Below, in pieces: positions 48,948-49,292 of a DNA stretch of 49,292 bases. The notes below the pieces were generated by a model. It was given only the letters and a program-made list of their open reading frames with translations. It was not told where the DNA came from and did no database searches. The position numbers and the translations under genes are program-made. The DNA is from an uncultured delta proteobacterium (GTDB lineage: Bacteria > Myxococcota > Myxococcia > Myxococcales > Anaeromyxobacteraceae): NCBI GenBank assembly GCA_963828255.1, contig CAWHDZ010000006.1, forward strand, positions 1-49,292. The letters run 5' to 3'. Position 1 is the stretch's first letter. Each line of letters starts with the position of its first letter.

Positions 48948-49292
48948 GTGGCGCTGCCCCCCAAGAAGCCCGGTGGTCCTCGCGTCGGCGGCGCCGCGGC
49001 GACGGTCCCGCCCGAGTGGGAGACCGGCAAGGAGCGGCTCGCCAACGACCAGCTCTCCGACCTGGCCGGGGCCCTCGAGGAGGAGCTCGAGGAGGTGAAG
49101 GTGAAGTACGAGATGTACTTCATCGGGGCCGAGCGCATGGAGCCGTCCCGGCGGCGCGACGACCTGAAGCGCAACATCGCCCGGCTCAAGAACGCCTTCA
49201 CCCGCAACGCCGGGATCCGCTTCCGCATCCAGGCCCTCCACGCGCGGTACCTGTCCTACGAGCGGCTCTGGCTGCGCTCGACGCGCGAGAAG
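48948..49292 (+). CDS. Myxobacterial conserved hypothetical protein (5' part; resembles MXAN_5187 C-terminal-domain-containing proteins)
   Basis: Manual translation from GTG: ...LEEVKVKYEMYFIGAERMEP...RNAGIRFRIQALHARYLSYERLWLR; open to the window end; family assignment from recall. Confidence 0.65.
   Translation, partial: MALPPKKPGGPRVGGAAATVPPEWETGKERLANDQLSDLAGALEEELEEVKVKYEMYFIGAERMEPSRRRDDLKRNIARLKNAFTRNAGIRFRIQALHARYLSYERLWLRSTREK

Overview
Very GC-rich chromosomal segment spanning the replication-origin region of an Anaeromyxobacter-like myxobacterium (taxon inferred from gene content, order and style). Content is almost all housekeeping. From left to right: hrcA (partial), a TPR lipoprotein, mfd, three parvulin/SurA PPIases, pdxA, ychF, and an ATP synthase split into an Fo block and an F1 block by hemL-TPR-gyrA. 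Next come Hsp20, bactofilin-parB-parA with two perfect parS sites, rsmG-jag-yidC-yidD-rnpA-rpmH, dnaA-(oriC)-dnaN-recF-gyrB, fabH, tRNA-Gln, an archaemetzincin-like gene, an Fe-S oxidoreductase, rimK and ileS-lspA-lgt. I saw no mobile element, CRISPR array or defence island. The most interesting unexplained signals are non-coding or hidden in coding DNA: (1) a recurrent quasi-palindrome TTCACT-N3-AGTG that coincides with rare A/T-ending codons in mfd, atpG and yidC (twice) and also occurs upstream of dnaA; (2) a ~170-nt long-hairpin element in a 670-bp gene-free gap beside ychF; (3) eight GATC sites in 180 bp of the putative oriC; (4) gyrB lacking a canonical start codon; (5) several promoters placed for leaderless or near-leaderless mRNAs. 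Three frameshifts (parA, archaemetzincin-like gene, Pro-rich lipoprotein) are most likely sequencing indels. All calls were made by eye, without searches.
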